Shown here: one piece after another, positions 48,234 to 57,658 of the stretch
Numbering within the stretch: position 1 is the first letter of the stretch
Layout: each line of letters opens with the position of its first letter
From: a virus
Taxonomy: Duplodnaviria; Caudoviricetes
Direction: 5' to 3' (one strand)
Length of the DNA stretch: 64,000 bases
IMG/VR virus record: IMGVR_UViG_3300013382_000008
Span: 1-64,000 of that record
Made by a program: the position numbers and the translations under genes
Notes under the pieces: model-generated
What the model saw: the letters and a program-made list of their open reading frames with translations, nothing else
The model's database searches: none
What the model was told of the DNA's origin: nothing

Positions 48234-48721
48234 TTCTTACTATAAGCTATTAATGATTCAAAGTCAAATATATATTTATATTTCTGAAAAAACAGACTAC
48301 CTAATATTCCATGAATCTGTACTCCAGTTTCTTCTTTTATAATGGCAAAGGCATCATCCAAGTTATGGATACAAAATTCTCCTATAAATATTTGTCCTTT
48401 ATAAGTGATTGTCATTTCACAGAACTCAGTGTTTGTCTTATTACCCTCAATTCCTGTTACATCCATATTCTTTTCCTTAATTTTCTTATGCTCAAGAAAA
48501 GGTAATATAGAGCTATTGATTTGGGAGATATTACTCCCTGTATCCAATAAGAAGTTAAGTTTCTTATTACCATTAAGGAATGTAACCACAGGCAATTCTA
48601 CCAAATCCATAGCTTCTTTGAAAGACATAGGAACTTTCTTATTGTTACTATAATATTCCTTAAGACAAATACCTATTCCTATAATGCTAAATACCAGTAC
48701 AATACAAATTACTATCAACAT
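48230..48721 (-). CDS. Membrane-anchored retropepsin-like aspartic protease
   Basis: N-terminal hydrophobic helix, FLLDTGS and HGILG motifs. Likely start MLIVIC at 48721. Confidence 0.8.
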   Translation of the reverse strand: MLIVICIVLVFSIIGIGICLKEYYSNNKKVPMSFKEAMDLVELPVVTFLNGNKKLNFLLDTGSNISQINSSILPFLEHKKIKEKNMDVTGIEGNKTNTEFCEMTITYKGQIFIGEFCIHNLDDAFAIIKEETGVQIHGILGSLFFQKYKYIFDFESLIAYSKK

Positions 48722-48737
48722 AACGATTATATATTTA

Positions 48738-49259
48738 TTATTTAATTCCAGTGCTTCCAAAACCCCCTCTATTTTTACCACTTAAACTATCTACTTGTAT
48801 TAATTTTACTCCAGAACTAAATAACCATTTAATCTTTTGCCACATAGTTGCTTTCTGAGTAGGAACAACCTCAAATTGACATATTCTGTCAAGTTTCTCA
48901 ATTTTACCAGCCTTAATAGCAAATACTCTAAATAGCCACTCATCATCATTGCCACTATAACTGTTATCAATTTCACCACTACAGCACATAATTACCCCAT
49001 GGTTCTTAGTAAGAGAACTCCTACCTTTAAGTTTAGCCATCATTCCTTTAGGGAGCTGCATTGCTATTCCCAATTTAATTAACTGTTCATCAAAAGTAAC
49101 ATCACCATACTTTTCATTGTCTTTTTGATATTGAATACTAGCTTGAGGGGCATTAAATATATAGGTATCTGCTGCTCTTAAATCAATTAAATCCCCTTTT
49201 TCACTAATTTTAGGCATACAGCCTTTTGTAAATACTTTTACTTTAATTTTCAGTTTCAT
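48738..49259 (-). CDS. dut: Trimeric dUTPase
   Basis: DLRAA, GRSS, GEIDNSYSG, RICQ, RGGFGSTG. Confidence 0.92.
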   Translation of the reverse strand: MKLKIKVKVFTKGCMPKISEKGDLIDLRAADTYIFNAPQASIQYQKDNEKYGDVTFDEQLIKLGIAMQLPKGMMAKLKGRSSLTKNHGVIMCCSGEIDNSYSGNDDEWLFRVFAIKAGKIEKLDRICQFEVVPTQKATMWQKIKWLFSSGVKLIQVDSLSGKNRGGFGSTGIK

Positions 49260-49260
49260 G

Positions 49261-49740
49261 TTAATTATAATTATGAGTTATATTAATAATATTACCTTTA
49301 TCTATCTTATAAATTTGTTGATTACTTGACCCTCTAAAGGCTAAGTTAATATCCTTTAACTCCTTAATAAAAGGCCCATCTACTATCACATCTACACTAT
49401 TTATTAATCTCTTAGGCAATTCATTTATAAGATGCCCTGTATATAACCATATTGTTTTATCATGATACATATTCCATATAAGATTATTTATCTTGATAAT
49501 ATCTTCTGACCATATAGAAGGTTCTCCTCCTAACCAAGTAATACCTTCCACATACTTATTATCCAATAATTCAAGTATCAGGTTAGTCTCTTTATTAGTC
49601 CATTCCTTGCCTTTTGTAATATCCCAGAGATTAGAGTTAAAACAGTCTTTACATTGGATATTACATCCTTGTGTAAAAACACTTACCCTAACTCCAGGAC
49701 CATTACTAATATCCATTTTTCTTATTGTATTATACTTCAT
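49261..49740 (-). CDS. nrdG: Anaerobic ribonucleotide reductase activating enzyme
   Basis: NGPGVR, CNIQCKDC radical-SAM motif, GGEP, VDGPF, RGSSNQ. Confidence 0.93.
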   Translation of the reverse strand: MKYNTIRKMDISNGPGVRVSVFTQGCNIQCKDCFNSNLWDITKGKEWTNKETNLILELLDNKYVEGITWLGGEPSIWSEDIIKINNLIWNMYHDKTIWLYTGHLINELPKRLINSVDVIVDGPFIKELKDINLAFRGSSNQQIYKIDKGNIINITHNYN

Positions 49741-51857
49741 ACTTCATGATTATCCAAATGTATGAATCTATCCTTCACATCAGAGGTTCTACCTTCATTG
49801 GCATTTTCTGTAGAAGCATACCCACATATACGATATAAATGTCTTAGATTGTCAGGATTCTTTTCTCCACAATCTACACAATACCAGTTTAAGTTATCAT
49901 CTATTTGTTGAGGTTTCTCTGAGCCACAAGTATAGCATTTACATGACTTAATATTAAGTTCTGCATACATGCAATTGTCATATATACATTTTTGTACCTC
50001 ATATATAGCTTCAAGATTATTCTTTAAATCAGCACATTCAATATAGGATATACAACCATTCTTAGACAGAGGCTGGAACTCTCCTTCAATCTCAAGTTTC
50101 TTAAATGGGTCTATATCTATGAATACTGGGATGTGATAACTATTTGTTATATAAAGCCTCTTATAAGAAGGGTATATGGATTGTAAGGCTTTAGCAAATT
50201 TATATGTACCACTTTCCATTGGGGTACCATATACTCCATATCTCACCTTATCTTCCAATGTCCATTCCTTACAGTAATCATTTAACTTTTGCATAACACT
50301 GAAAGCAAACTCCTTACCATCCTCCCAATGGTTTTTATACCCCATTATGGTAGCCATTTCATATAATCCAGCATAACCAAGTGATATACTAGCATATTCA
50401 GGTTTGATTATAGTACCTAATTTGGTATTCAAATCCTTTACTCTGCTAAATATTCCATCTCTCCATAATAAAGGAGCACATCTTACTGTAGAATTACATA
50501 TTCTTTTTAGTCTTATTTGATGTGCCTTATGGGCAATCTTGGCATATTTATCCAGTACTTCAAAGAAGTCTTTATTATACTTCTTAGCCTCTGCTGCAAT
50601 ATAAGGAAGATTAAGACTTACCACTCCACAATTAAGCCTGCCATAGAACTTATTAGGGTCAGTTTTATAGTTAGGAATACTTGTAGAAGTCCACTCACTG
50701 AGAAATGACCTACACCCCATACTTGGGAAACAATGTCCATGTATTTTCTTCATTACTTTCTCACTGATATAATCAGGAGCACATCTATTTACATTGCACT
50801 TAGCTGCAAGCTCTGTAAGATAATACCACTTATCCTCTTTATGTATATTATCTTCTTGAAGAACATAGATTAACTTAGGAAAAGCAGGAGCTACCCAATT
50901 ACCATGGATGTCCTTGAATCCTTGAATCCTTTGCTTAAGCACCTCTTCAATTATATCTGCAAGATATTGTTTATCTTCTTTAGTCTTAGCTTCATTGAGA
51001 TACATATTGACTGTAAGAAAAGGAGTTTGCCCTTGTGTAGTAAACATACTGTTCACTTGGTACATGAATGTCTGCACACCATCCCTTAGAATCCTGTAGT
51101 ATTCTATATCCCAAATATCAGAAGGATAGTTCTTTTGAATGGTTTTATGGTTTAACTTCAACGCCTTCACTAAATGAGACAATGTTATGGTAATACCCCC
51201 ATATTGAAGCCCTGCTACACCTTGTATTATTTGAGTGGCTACTGTACAAGCCACTACAAATTTAGTTTGGGGTTCTATCATTACATCATTAAGAACTGTA
51301 CCATTATACAATGGGTCTTCCAGATTGAGCAAACTACAATTGGTCATGCCCTTGATAGCACTCATATCTATGTCATGAATATGGATAGCTCCTTTGTCAT
51401 GCTCTTTCAGTATATATTTAGGAAATACTTGGGTTCTACAATATAAGGTACCTAATATACCTCCTAAATAGCTAAACTGAACATTATTTAATTCAGGTTT
51501 CTTATTGGCATTTTCCTTCATTAGATAAGAATCTGTCTGATTAAAAAGTCCTTTTATTTGTTTAATCATATTGGATTCTCTCTTCACAGTTTGCCTGTCT
51601 CTATATCTAATATAGTTTTTGGCTACATTAGAGTAAGGTGTCTTAATAAGGTAGTCCTCTACCTTCTCTTGTATTTGCTCTACTCCTGTGACACTGGCAT
51701 CACTACGTAATATATTATAGACAATATCATCTGTCATCTTAGATAATTCTTCCTCATCTATAGGAGTATTACATGCTTCAAAAGCCTTTGATAGGGCATT
51801 CTTTATTTTGTTATTATCAAAGTCTGCTAATGTATTATCCCTTTTTAATACTTTCAT
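49737..51857 (-). CDS. nrdD: Class III anaerobic ribonucleoside-triphosphate reductase
   Basis: N-terminal ATP cone (VLKRD), IHIHD, NCSL, MGCRSFL, TNSYH, CxxC pairs, glycyl-radical RICGY. Confidence 0.95.
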   Translation of the reverse strand: MKVLKRDNTLADFDNNKIKNALSKAFEACNTPIDEEELSKMTDDIVYNILRSDASVTGVEQIQEKVEDYLIKTPYSNVAKNYIRYRDRQTVKRESNMIKQIKGLFNQTDSYLMKENANKKPELNNVQFSYLGGILGTLYCRTQVFPKYILKEHDKGAIHIHDIDMSAIKGMTNCSLLNLEDPLYNGTVLNDVMIEPQTKFVVACTVATQIIQGVAGLQYGGITITLSHLVKALKLNHKTIQKNYPSDIWDIEYYRILRDGVQTFMYQVNSMFTTQGQTPFLTVNMYLNEAKTKEDKQYLADIIEEVLKQRIQGFKDIHGNWVAPAFPKLIYVLQEDNIHKEDKWYYLTELAAKCNVNRCAPDYISEKVMKKIHGHCFPSMGCRSFLSEWTSTSIPNYKTDPNKFYGRLNCGVVSLNLPYIAAEAKKYNKDFFEVLDKYAKIAHKAHQIRLKRICNSTVRCAPLLWRDGIFSRVKDLNTKLGTIIKPEYASISLGYAGLYEMATIMGYKNHWEDGKEFAFSVMQKLNDYCKEWTLEDKVRYGVYGTPMESGTYKFAKALQSIYPSYKRLYITNSYHIPVFIDIDPFKKLEIEGEFQPLSKNGCISYIECADLKNNLEAIYEVQKCIYDNCMYAELNIKSCKCYTCGSEKPQQIDDNLNWYCVDCGEKNPDNLRHLYRICGYASTENANEGRTSDVKDRFIHLDNHEV

Positions 51858-51868
51858 AATTATATTTA

Positions 51869-52915
51869 TTATAATTTATTCATCCACACACTTAAATCAT
51901 TAGGGCTGTCCTCTTTAATTCCTTTTGGAACTTTTGGTCTTGAAGAGAGATAAAAAGATAATTCCTTACCTATATCAAATGGGTCTCTCCATTCTATTTG
52001 GGAATCCTTGCCTACTTTAATAACTCCTTTTACCTTTGTATAAGGACATTCCCATACTAATGGGGTGAGAGTTTTCTTATTCACTACTATGAACTTATAA
52101 TTATTGAGCTTAAAGTCCCTAAAATAATCATCTTTATCCATTGTATTCCTCAACAACCTCCAATATAACCTTGCTTGTATAATATAAAGCCAATCATTGA
52201 AAGATTTATAAAAATCCCACTCATAATGACTACTTGTCTTTAAATCACATGGAGTAATTTCCTTATTCTTATGGTCTACTATAGCTAAGTCCATCATACA
52301 TCTATACTCAATACCTTCAAGATTATCCTTGAATTTTAACTGATAATATCTTTCAATATTATCAAAAGGATTATCAAGGGAGAAATAAAACTGTGTAGCC
52401 TTGCTTTCTTTCAATGCCCTTACAGCATTACTTACATCTTGGTAAGTTTGGGTACTAAGTATAGTTCTATCACCTGCTATAAACAATAAATTATAATAAT
52501 CAGCTCCTTTCTCCTTGATGACCTTAGCTCTTGTCTCTGGTTTCCAATTTAATTGATACCCCTGAACCTCAGTTTCCCTAATGATGGAATTATCAGGGAT
52601 TGCAATAAGATTTCTATAGGAATCTCTATATTGACCAAACAAGGATTTTACCATCTTTATGATAGAATCTGGTATGGAAGGAAACTCTGCTACTATAAAT
52701 CTTTCATTAAACTCTTCTTGACCCCCTGTGATAATACTATCTACAGCACTACCAAAAGTAAGAGAGGGAGTTTCCAACTTATCAAATAATTTATCCAAGT
52801 TATTAAAACCCTCCCTCTCATATCTTGCAAGAGTAGAATAACTAAGTGCAGAATCTGCTCTATAGACATCTTCTGTCACTAACCATGATATATCCTTTAA
52901 ACTCTTCTTATTCAT
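51869..52915 (-). CDS. PD-(D/E)xK exonuclease (RecE/exonuclease VIII-like)
   Basis: LSYSTL, FGSAVD, CMMD...DLKTS, YIIQARLY. Confidence 0.75.
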   Translation of the reverse strand: MNKKSLKDISWLVTEDVYRADSALSYSTLARYEREGFNNLDKLFDKLETPSLTFGSAVDSIITGGQEEFNERFIVAEFPSIPDSIIKMVKSLFGQYRDSYRNLIAIPDNSIIRETEVQGYQLNWKPETRAKVIKEKGADYYNLLFIAGDRTILSTQTYQDVSNAVRALKESKATQFYFSLDNPFDNIERYYQLKFKDNLEGIEYRCMMDLAIVDHKNKEITPCDLKTSSHYEWDFYKSFNDWLYIIQARLYWRLLRNTMDKDDYFRDFKLNNYKFIVVNKKTLTPLVWECPYTKVKGVIKVGKDSQIEWRDPFDIGKELSFYLSSRPKVPKGIKEDSPNDLSVWMNKL

Positions 52916-52918
52916 TTT

Positions 52919-53116
52919 TTATTCTTCTTCTATATGACTTACAGTCAATCTGTAATCTATCTCCATCTCCAAGGTTTGTAAAATTCCAAGCCTTCTTTTG
53001 ACAGCTTTTATAGTATCCTTGATATTCTCTTTAAAGACTAATATATTATCACTATATTCCAAGGAGGGACTTTTATTAGCTTCCCTTATCAGTTCCTTTA
53101 TTACATTCTTCTGCAT
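52919..53116 (-). CDS. Hypothetical protein
   Basis: 65-aa ORF overlapping the upstream gene. Confidence 0.5.
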   Translation of the reverse strand: MQKNVIKELIREANKSPSLEYSDNILVFKENIKDTIKAVKRRLGILQTLEMEIDYRLTVSHIEEE

Positions 53117-53591
53117 ATTGTTTGAATATTTCTATGGATTGAAATAATTGTCTTTTGCTATATACTTCAAAAAAGATACTCTTTATACCTTTTTTGGCTT
53201 GATTCTCCAAATATCTTCTAAATAACTTTTTCTTTAGATAATAAACATCATTCTCTATCCCCTTAGCCTCTATCCATACATCTATATTATTATGCCTAAT
53301 GTAAAAATCTGGAGTATAGGTAATAGGAAGCATTTTATTACTCTTGAGATTAAGTAATTTAGGGGACTTTCCCTCTTCTTCCAATCTTTTCTGATATTGT
53401 TTATCAGTCTCTTTGTCATAAAAAGGTACAGTGCAATCGTCAAACTTTAGTAAGACAATTTTCTTGGGCTCATACTCTGGAGTAAAACCTTGCTCTACAA
53501 GAGTATGATATATTGTTTTCTCAAGATGAGACTTAAAAGTAATGCTGCTGCCTTTACAGACAGTAGCATTTCTTATCTTATTATTAACCAT
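53076..53591 (-). CDS. PD-(D/E)xK endonuclease (T7 endonuclease I / resolvase-like)
   Basis: FKSHLE, YEP, YTPDF, IEAKG. Confidence 0.75.
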   Translation of the reverse strand: MVNNKIRNATVCKGSSITFKSHLEKTIYHTLVEQGFTPEYEPKKIVLLKFDDCTVPFYDKETDKQYQKRLEEEGKSPKLLNLKSNKMLPITYTPDFYIRHNNIDVWIEAKGIENDVYYLKKKLFRRYLENQAKKGIKSIFFEVYSKRQLFQSIEIFKQYAEECNKGTDKGS

Positions 53592-54126
53592 TGTACTTAA
53601 ACATATCTTTAAGAATATCCCTTGTTATATTACATGCAGTCTTAGCATCTTCTATAGTCCTGAAAGCCGCAAAGTTTTTATAATTCTTTATATGAGCTTT
53701 GTTAGCTTTGACAATCTTACCGTTAAACATGGAAATTACATAGATATTAGAACTCTTTTCAATATGGTCCTTATATTTCTTATCCAGTTCAATGGCAATT
53801 TCTCTAAGTACCATTGAATATGCAGCAGCAGGGTAAATACTATCTATATTATTAATATAGTTATAAGTCTTTTCAAGTTTCCAGCCCATCTTATCTGCAA
53901 TCTTCTGAACATAGTATGATAAACTTAATGGAATATCAGTGGGAGAAACATCTGATTTAATAACAACAATTCCAAGTGTAAGAAGTTCAGGAAGAGTATC
54001 TTCAGTAAGAGTAATGATATTTTTAATACTAACTTCTTCTTTTTTATCCCCTTTCATCTTAGACTTATAGACCAAGACATCTCCAAAGTGAACTTCTTTA
54101 CCATTCTTTAAATACATTTTTTCCAT
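53584..54126 (-). CDS. Hypothetical protein
   Basis: 180-aa ORF. Confidence 0.65.
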   Translation of the reverse strand: MEKMYLKNGKEVHFGDVLVYKSKMKGDKKEEVSIKNIITLTEDTLPELLTLGIVVIKSDVSPTDIPLSLSYYVQKIADKMGWKLEKTYNYINNIDSIYPAAAYSMVLREIAIELDKKYKDHIEKSSNIYVISMFNGKIVKANKAHIKNYKNFAAFRTIEDAKTACNITRDILKDMFKYNG

Positions 54127-54144
54127 TTCTTTTCTTATTTAATA

Positions 54145-54834
54145 TTAATATCCCTTGTACCATTCTATAGGTACTCCATAAATGTCATTTACTTTATTAC
54201 TTATATCAGTAAATAGCTTATAAGGCATCTTGGTGCCATTCCTTGCAAAATATGCAGGATGCTCAATTTCCATAATATAATTGAATCTGCTATTGATATA
54301 AGGTTTGAAAGTCTGAGCTTGCCTACCAAACAATACATATATTATAGCTGTGTTGTACTCAGACAAATTCTTTAATAACTTAGCAATAAAAGGCCTCCAT
54401 AACATTGTATGTGAACCTATTTTATTCATTTCCACAGTAAGGGCTGAATTTAGCATTAGTATACCTTGTTTAGCCCAACTCTCCAAAGTTTGGTCAAAGA
54501 TAATACAATTATGTGGAATCTCAAAATTAATGGCTGCTTCTTTAACAATATTTAATGAAGGGGATAAATTTTCTTCCCTAACATCCTTCCTATTTCCAAA
54601 CAATATACCAGTTGCTCTTAACTTACCCATATATTTATCTGGGTAAGGGTCTTGACCTAACATAACTACTTTCAAGTCATTAAGAGGACATAACTTAAAT
54701 GCTTTGAATACATCTGGTTGGGCAGGGCATATAGGTTTCTTCTTATATTCTTGCCCAACCTTAGTCATCACATTAGTAAGTTCTGTTCTATCAATTACTT
54801 TCATCCAATCCCCAAAATATTCATCAATTGTCAT
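54145..54834 (-). CDS. ung: Uracil-DNA glycosylase family 1
   Basis: KVVMLGQDPY, SPSL, WAKQGILMLNSALTV, EHPA. Confidence 0.93.
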   Translation of the reverse strand: MTIDEYFGDWMKVIDRTELTNVMTKVGQEYKKKPICPAQPDVFKAFKLCPLNDLKVVMLGQDPYPDKYMGKLRATGILFGNRKDVREENLSPSLNIVKEAAINFEIPHNCIIFDQTLESWAKQGILMLNSALTVEMNKIGSHTMLWRPFIAKLLKNLSEYNTAIIYVLFGRQAQTFKPYINSRFNYIMEIEHPAYFARNGTKMPYKLFTDISNKVNDIYGVPIEWYKGY

Positions 54835-55601
54835 ATAAGCACCATTAAATCCTCAATATTATCCACAAGACATTTATTTAAATCATCATTTGAAAAAGTT
54901 GAGATGGTAGGTTTCACAGGTTTTACAAAGAAATTATCAAAGTTATCTATCAAGATTTCTACTTTCTTATTAGTAACCATATTAATGAGACCATTATAAC
55001 TACTAGGCAAATATACATCATAGTTTGCATAACAAGGAATTAATTTTTTAATAATTCCTCTGTTAAGCAGCTTATCAGACTCCAAGAACACTATAGGATT
55101 AATATGACATACTGGTCTATAATATCCAATAACAACTTCATTATGTTTATCAAGTATCTTCTTTATTCTCAATGCACACATTATAAGAGGATTAAAGTTA
55201 CCATCAAATATAATACCCTTACCTCCATAATATATGTCTCCTTTGCCTGTACTAAGCTTCTGTAGTCTTTCTGAATAAAGCACATTATTAAAAAAGTGTT
55301 TTATGATGCCATTAAAAGTCTTTCTTTCCAGAAATGAATTACTGTCATACAATGGCAAGACTATCTTGTTAATATTTCCTGGGGAAGATGAGTATTTTAA
55401 ATTATATGAGATTATCTTTTCAAAATGATTTCTTGCTATTATAGGAATTTCTATATCATCAGTACTAATATCCACAACCAAGCTTCTTGTAAATATATTA
55501 TTGTTATCAAGTCTCCTGTTACAACTTGATACAATAATATCACCTTCCTCAGTATAAAAGACATTTTTCATACTAAATGCAAGTTGTTCATTAATATTCA
55601 T
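54831..55601 (-). CDS. Hypothetical protein translationally coupled to the E1/ThiF gene and to ung
   Basis: 256 aa with ATGA overlaps at both ends. Confidence 0.65.
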   Translation of the reverse strand: MNINEQLAFSMKNVFYTEEGDIIVSSCNRRLDNNNIFTRSLVVDISTDDIEIPIIARNHFEKIISYNLKYSSSPGNINKIVLPLYDSNSFLERKTFNGIIKHFFNNVLYSERLQKLSTGKGDIYYGGKGIIFDGNFNPLIMCALRIKKILDKHNEVVIGYYRPVCHINPIVFLESDKLLNRGIIKKLIPCYANYDVYLPSSYNGLINMVTNKKVEILIDNFDNFFVKPVKPTISTFSNDDLNKCLVDNIEDLMVLI

Positions 55602-56455
55602 CCGTCTATAGTTTTAAGATACATTAATTCTGCATTATAAGTGGTAAGAAAAGGCAATTCTCTATAAGCTCCTACTTCATTTGCACAAAAGTTAACATAT
55701 AGATTAACCATGTAAGAAGCAATCATATTTGCACAGAAAGTAGTCTGTTTATATGAGCAAATAGTTTCATCAGCCTCATTGTCAGAGAATAAGAACTCCT
55801 TGGAATATCTATCAATATTAAACTTATCATCCCCCTTGATGCATAATATCTGAAATTCCTCTGCTGCCAATCTACCATCCAAAAATAAACATTTCTTCCT
55901 AAGTTCTTCTGGTAAGGACATGACATGCCCTAACCATTTAGTAAAGAAACATTTTCTTGCCGACATATTGTCAAAGCCACAAATCATAATGTTAGAAGCT
56001 TCTGATGTTTCTGTAAATTTCTCATGAAATGCTACAATGCTACCATAACTGGCATAATTCCTAATCATATTTGCAATAGCATTTACTTTTGGCTTCCCAA
56101 TATCATTTATGCTATATAACTGCCCTGACATATTGACTTCCTCAACTACATCATCATCATAAATATATAATGCAGCTGGTTTCATTCTTGCCAATAAGAA
56201 GCATACATAGCTGCCAATTCCTCCACATCCTGCAACTATAACAATCTTCTTTTGAATGTTATCATACCAAGAAGCAGAGCTAAACCTACTTGTAGTATTA
56301 TCCTTGAGTAGTGTAGCAGAGTTTATAGGAATTTCTAGGTGGGCCTCCTCAACTGCTTGGGCAAGAAGAGTTTGTTCTTCCTCTGTAAGTCCTTCTATTT
56401 GATTAATTGGCTGACTATTCATCTGATTATTATCTTGTATTGTCTCTTCATTCAT
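55598..56455 (-). CDS. E1-like (ThiF/MoeB family) Ubl-activating adenylyltransferase
   Basis: VAGCGGIGS nucleotide-binding loop, YDDDVVEEVNMSGQ, GKPKV, GFDNMSAR, DGR, candidate catalytic Cys in ETICSYKQ. Confidence 0.88.
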   Translation of the reverse strand: MNEETIQDNNQMNSQPINQIEGLTEEEQTLLAQAVEEAHLEIPINSATLLKDNTTSRFSSASWYDNIQKKIVIVAGCGGIGSYVCFLLARMKPAALYIYDDDVVEEVNMSGQLYSINDIGKPKVNAIANMIRNYASYGSIVAFHEKFTETSEASNIMICGFDNMSARKCFFTKWLGHVMSLPEELRKKCLFLDGRLAAEEFQILCIKGDDKFNIDRYSKEFLFSDNEADETICSYKQTTFCANMIASYMVNLYVNFCANEVGAYRELPFLTTYNAELMYLKTIDG

Positions 56456-56467
56456 AATAGCAATTAT

Positions 56468-57658
56468 TTAAATTATATATTTCTGAAGTGAATTTATATA
56501 TCCATCAATATAAATATTATTAGGAAGTTTCTTAAGCTCCTCTATCATATCATAGGCACAAATGGCACAAATTTCTGTTTCATCAAAACCAAGTTCCTCA
56601 AGATTTTCATCCCTTGCGTACCATGTTAAATATTCTGTATAGGTATCTGCCCACATTTCAAAAGATTTCATACATTCTTTTCCTGTGCCAAACCTCTTCT
56701 CATAGAAAGTAGTCATTGACTTAACCCACTTAGGAAGAATGATTTTACTATCTTTTGAAAGAATGATACTTCCAGTAACCAATTGCATTACAAGAGACTT
56801 TATGGTATCTTTATTAAAAGTTACTTGACCATAATGTATAGAATCTTCATTTTCCCAATGTCCACTCTTATCAAAGAGAGAGGATTGTGCTTCCTTTGTT
56901 TCACTATTTCTATCAGTACCTGACAATTCACTATTTATAACATTTGGATTATCCTTATACCAATAATTAGTATCAAATGAAGATTCCTGTGTTTTCTTAC
57001 TTTCCTCTTTCTTAACTTGTTTAATTTCTCTAAGTCTTTCTGCCATGTCTGAGAAAAAGTAATCTCCCCCTTCCTTTTCTACTTTAAGATAAAACCATTC
57101 AACATCATCAGCCTCAATCAAATATTCTCTTGTATCACATTCCATGCCTTTGTCAAAAAATTTATAGGATTCAGATTCCCTAATTAATTTCTTAACAACT
57201 CTTCTTGTGATTGCAGCAGTATAATTACCTGCATTATTTACAATGAGAGACACAAAATTATTTCTATCCTTACCTTCTTCTTTTAAAGTTTGTTGGTCAG
57301 TTCCACTAAAGAATGTAGACATTCCAGCATGTGAATGAATTAGACCAATTTGACAGTCCAGCAACTCTTGATGAGCAGTCATATAAGATATTACATCAGG
57401 ATTCATATCAAACTCTGTGTAAGTTTGATTACCAATATCCATAATATAAATATCTTTACATTTAATCACAAGGTCATTACTTTCAAAAGAACCTTCATAA
57501 GTAAAGAATAATATCCCCGACCATTCAGTATCCCACACTTCTTGACAGGCAAATCTTATCTTTTTCTCTACTTCCTTTGGAATGACTATTTTGTAATTAC
57601 AAGTACTTGACTTCTGTACCAAATTTGTCTCCTTGGCATATAGCTTTGTCTCTTCCAT
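56468..57658 (-). CDS. JAB/MPN+ metalloisopeptidase (deubiquitinase-like) with long C-terminal extension
   Basis: Catalytic Glu in TEWSGILF and JAMM motif IHSHAGMSTFFSGTD, followed by FVSLIVN. Confidence 0.88.
   Translation of the reverse strand: MEETKLYAKETNLVQKSSTCNYKIVIPKEVEKKIRFACQEVWDTEWSGILFFTYEGSFESNDLVIKCKDIYIMDIGNQTYTEFDMNPDVISYMTAHQELLDCQIGLIHSHAGMSTFFSGTDQQTLKEEGKDRNNFVSLIVNNAGNYTAAITRRVVKKLIRESESYKFFDKGMECDTREYLIEADDVEWFYLKVEKEGGDYFFSDMAERLREIKQVKKEESKKTQESSFDTNYWYKDNPNVINSELSGTDRNSETKEAQSSLFDKSGHWENEDSIHYGQVTFNKDTIKSLVMQLVTGSIILSKDSKIILPKWVKSMTTFYEKRFGTGKECMKSFEMWADTYTEYLTWYARDENLEELGFDETEICAICAYDMIEELKKLPNNIYIDGYINSLQKYII

Noticed and set aside
449-51857. Self-splicing introns or inteins in MCP, RNAP, polA or nrdD
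   Set aside because: These ORFs are continuous, of expected size, and show no intein C-terminal HN-C/S/T block or split motifs that I could see. Both endonucleases are free-standing.
55598-56455. ThiF as a thiamine/molybdopterin biosynthesis or microcin-maturation enzyme
   Set aside because: No ThiS/MoaD, ThiG or precursor-peptide context, and no CxxC zinc pairs. Neighbours are JAB, E2-like and Ubl-like genes.
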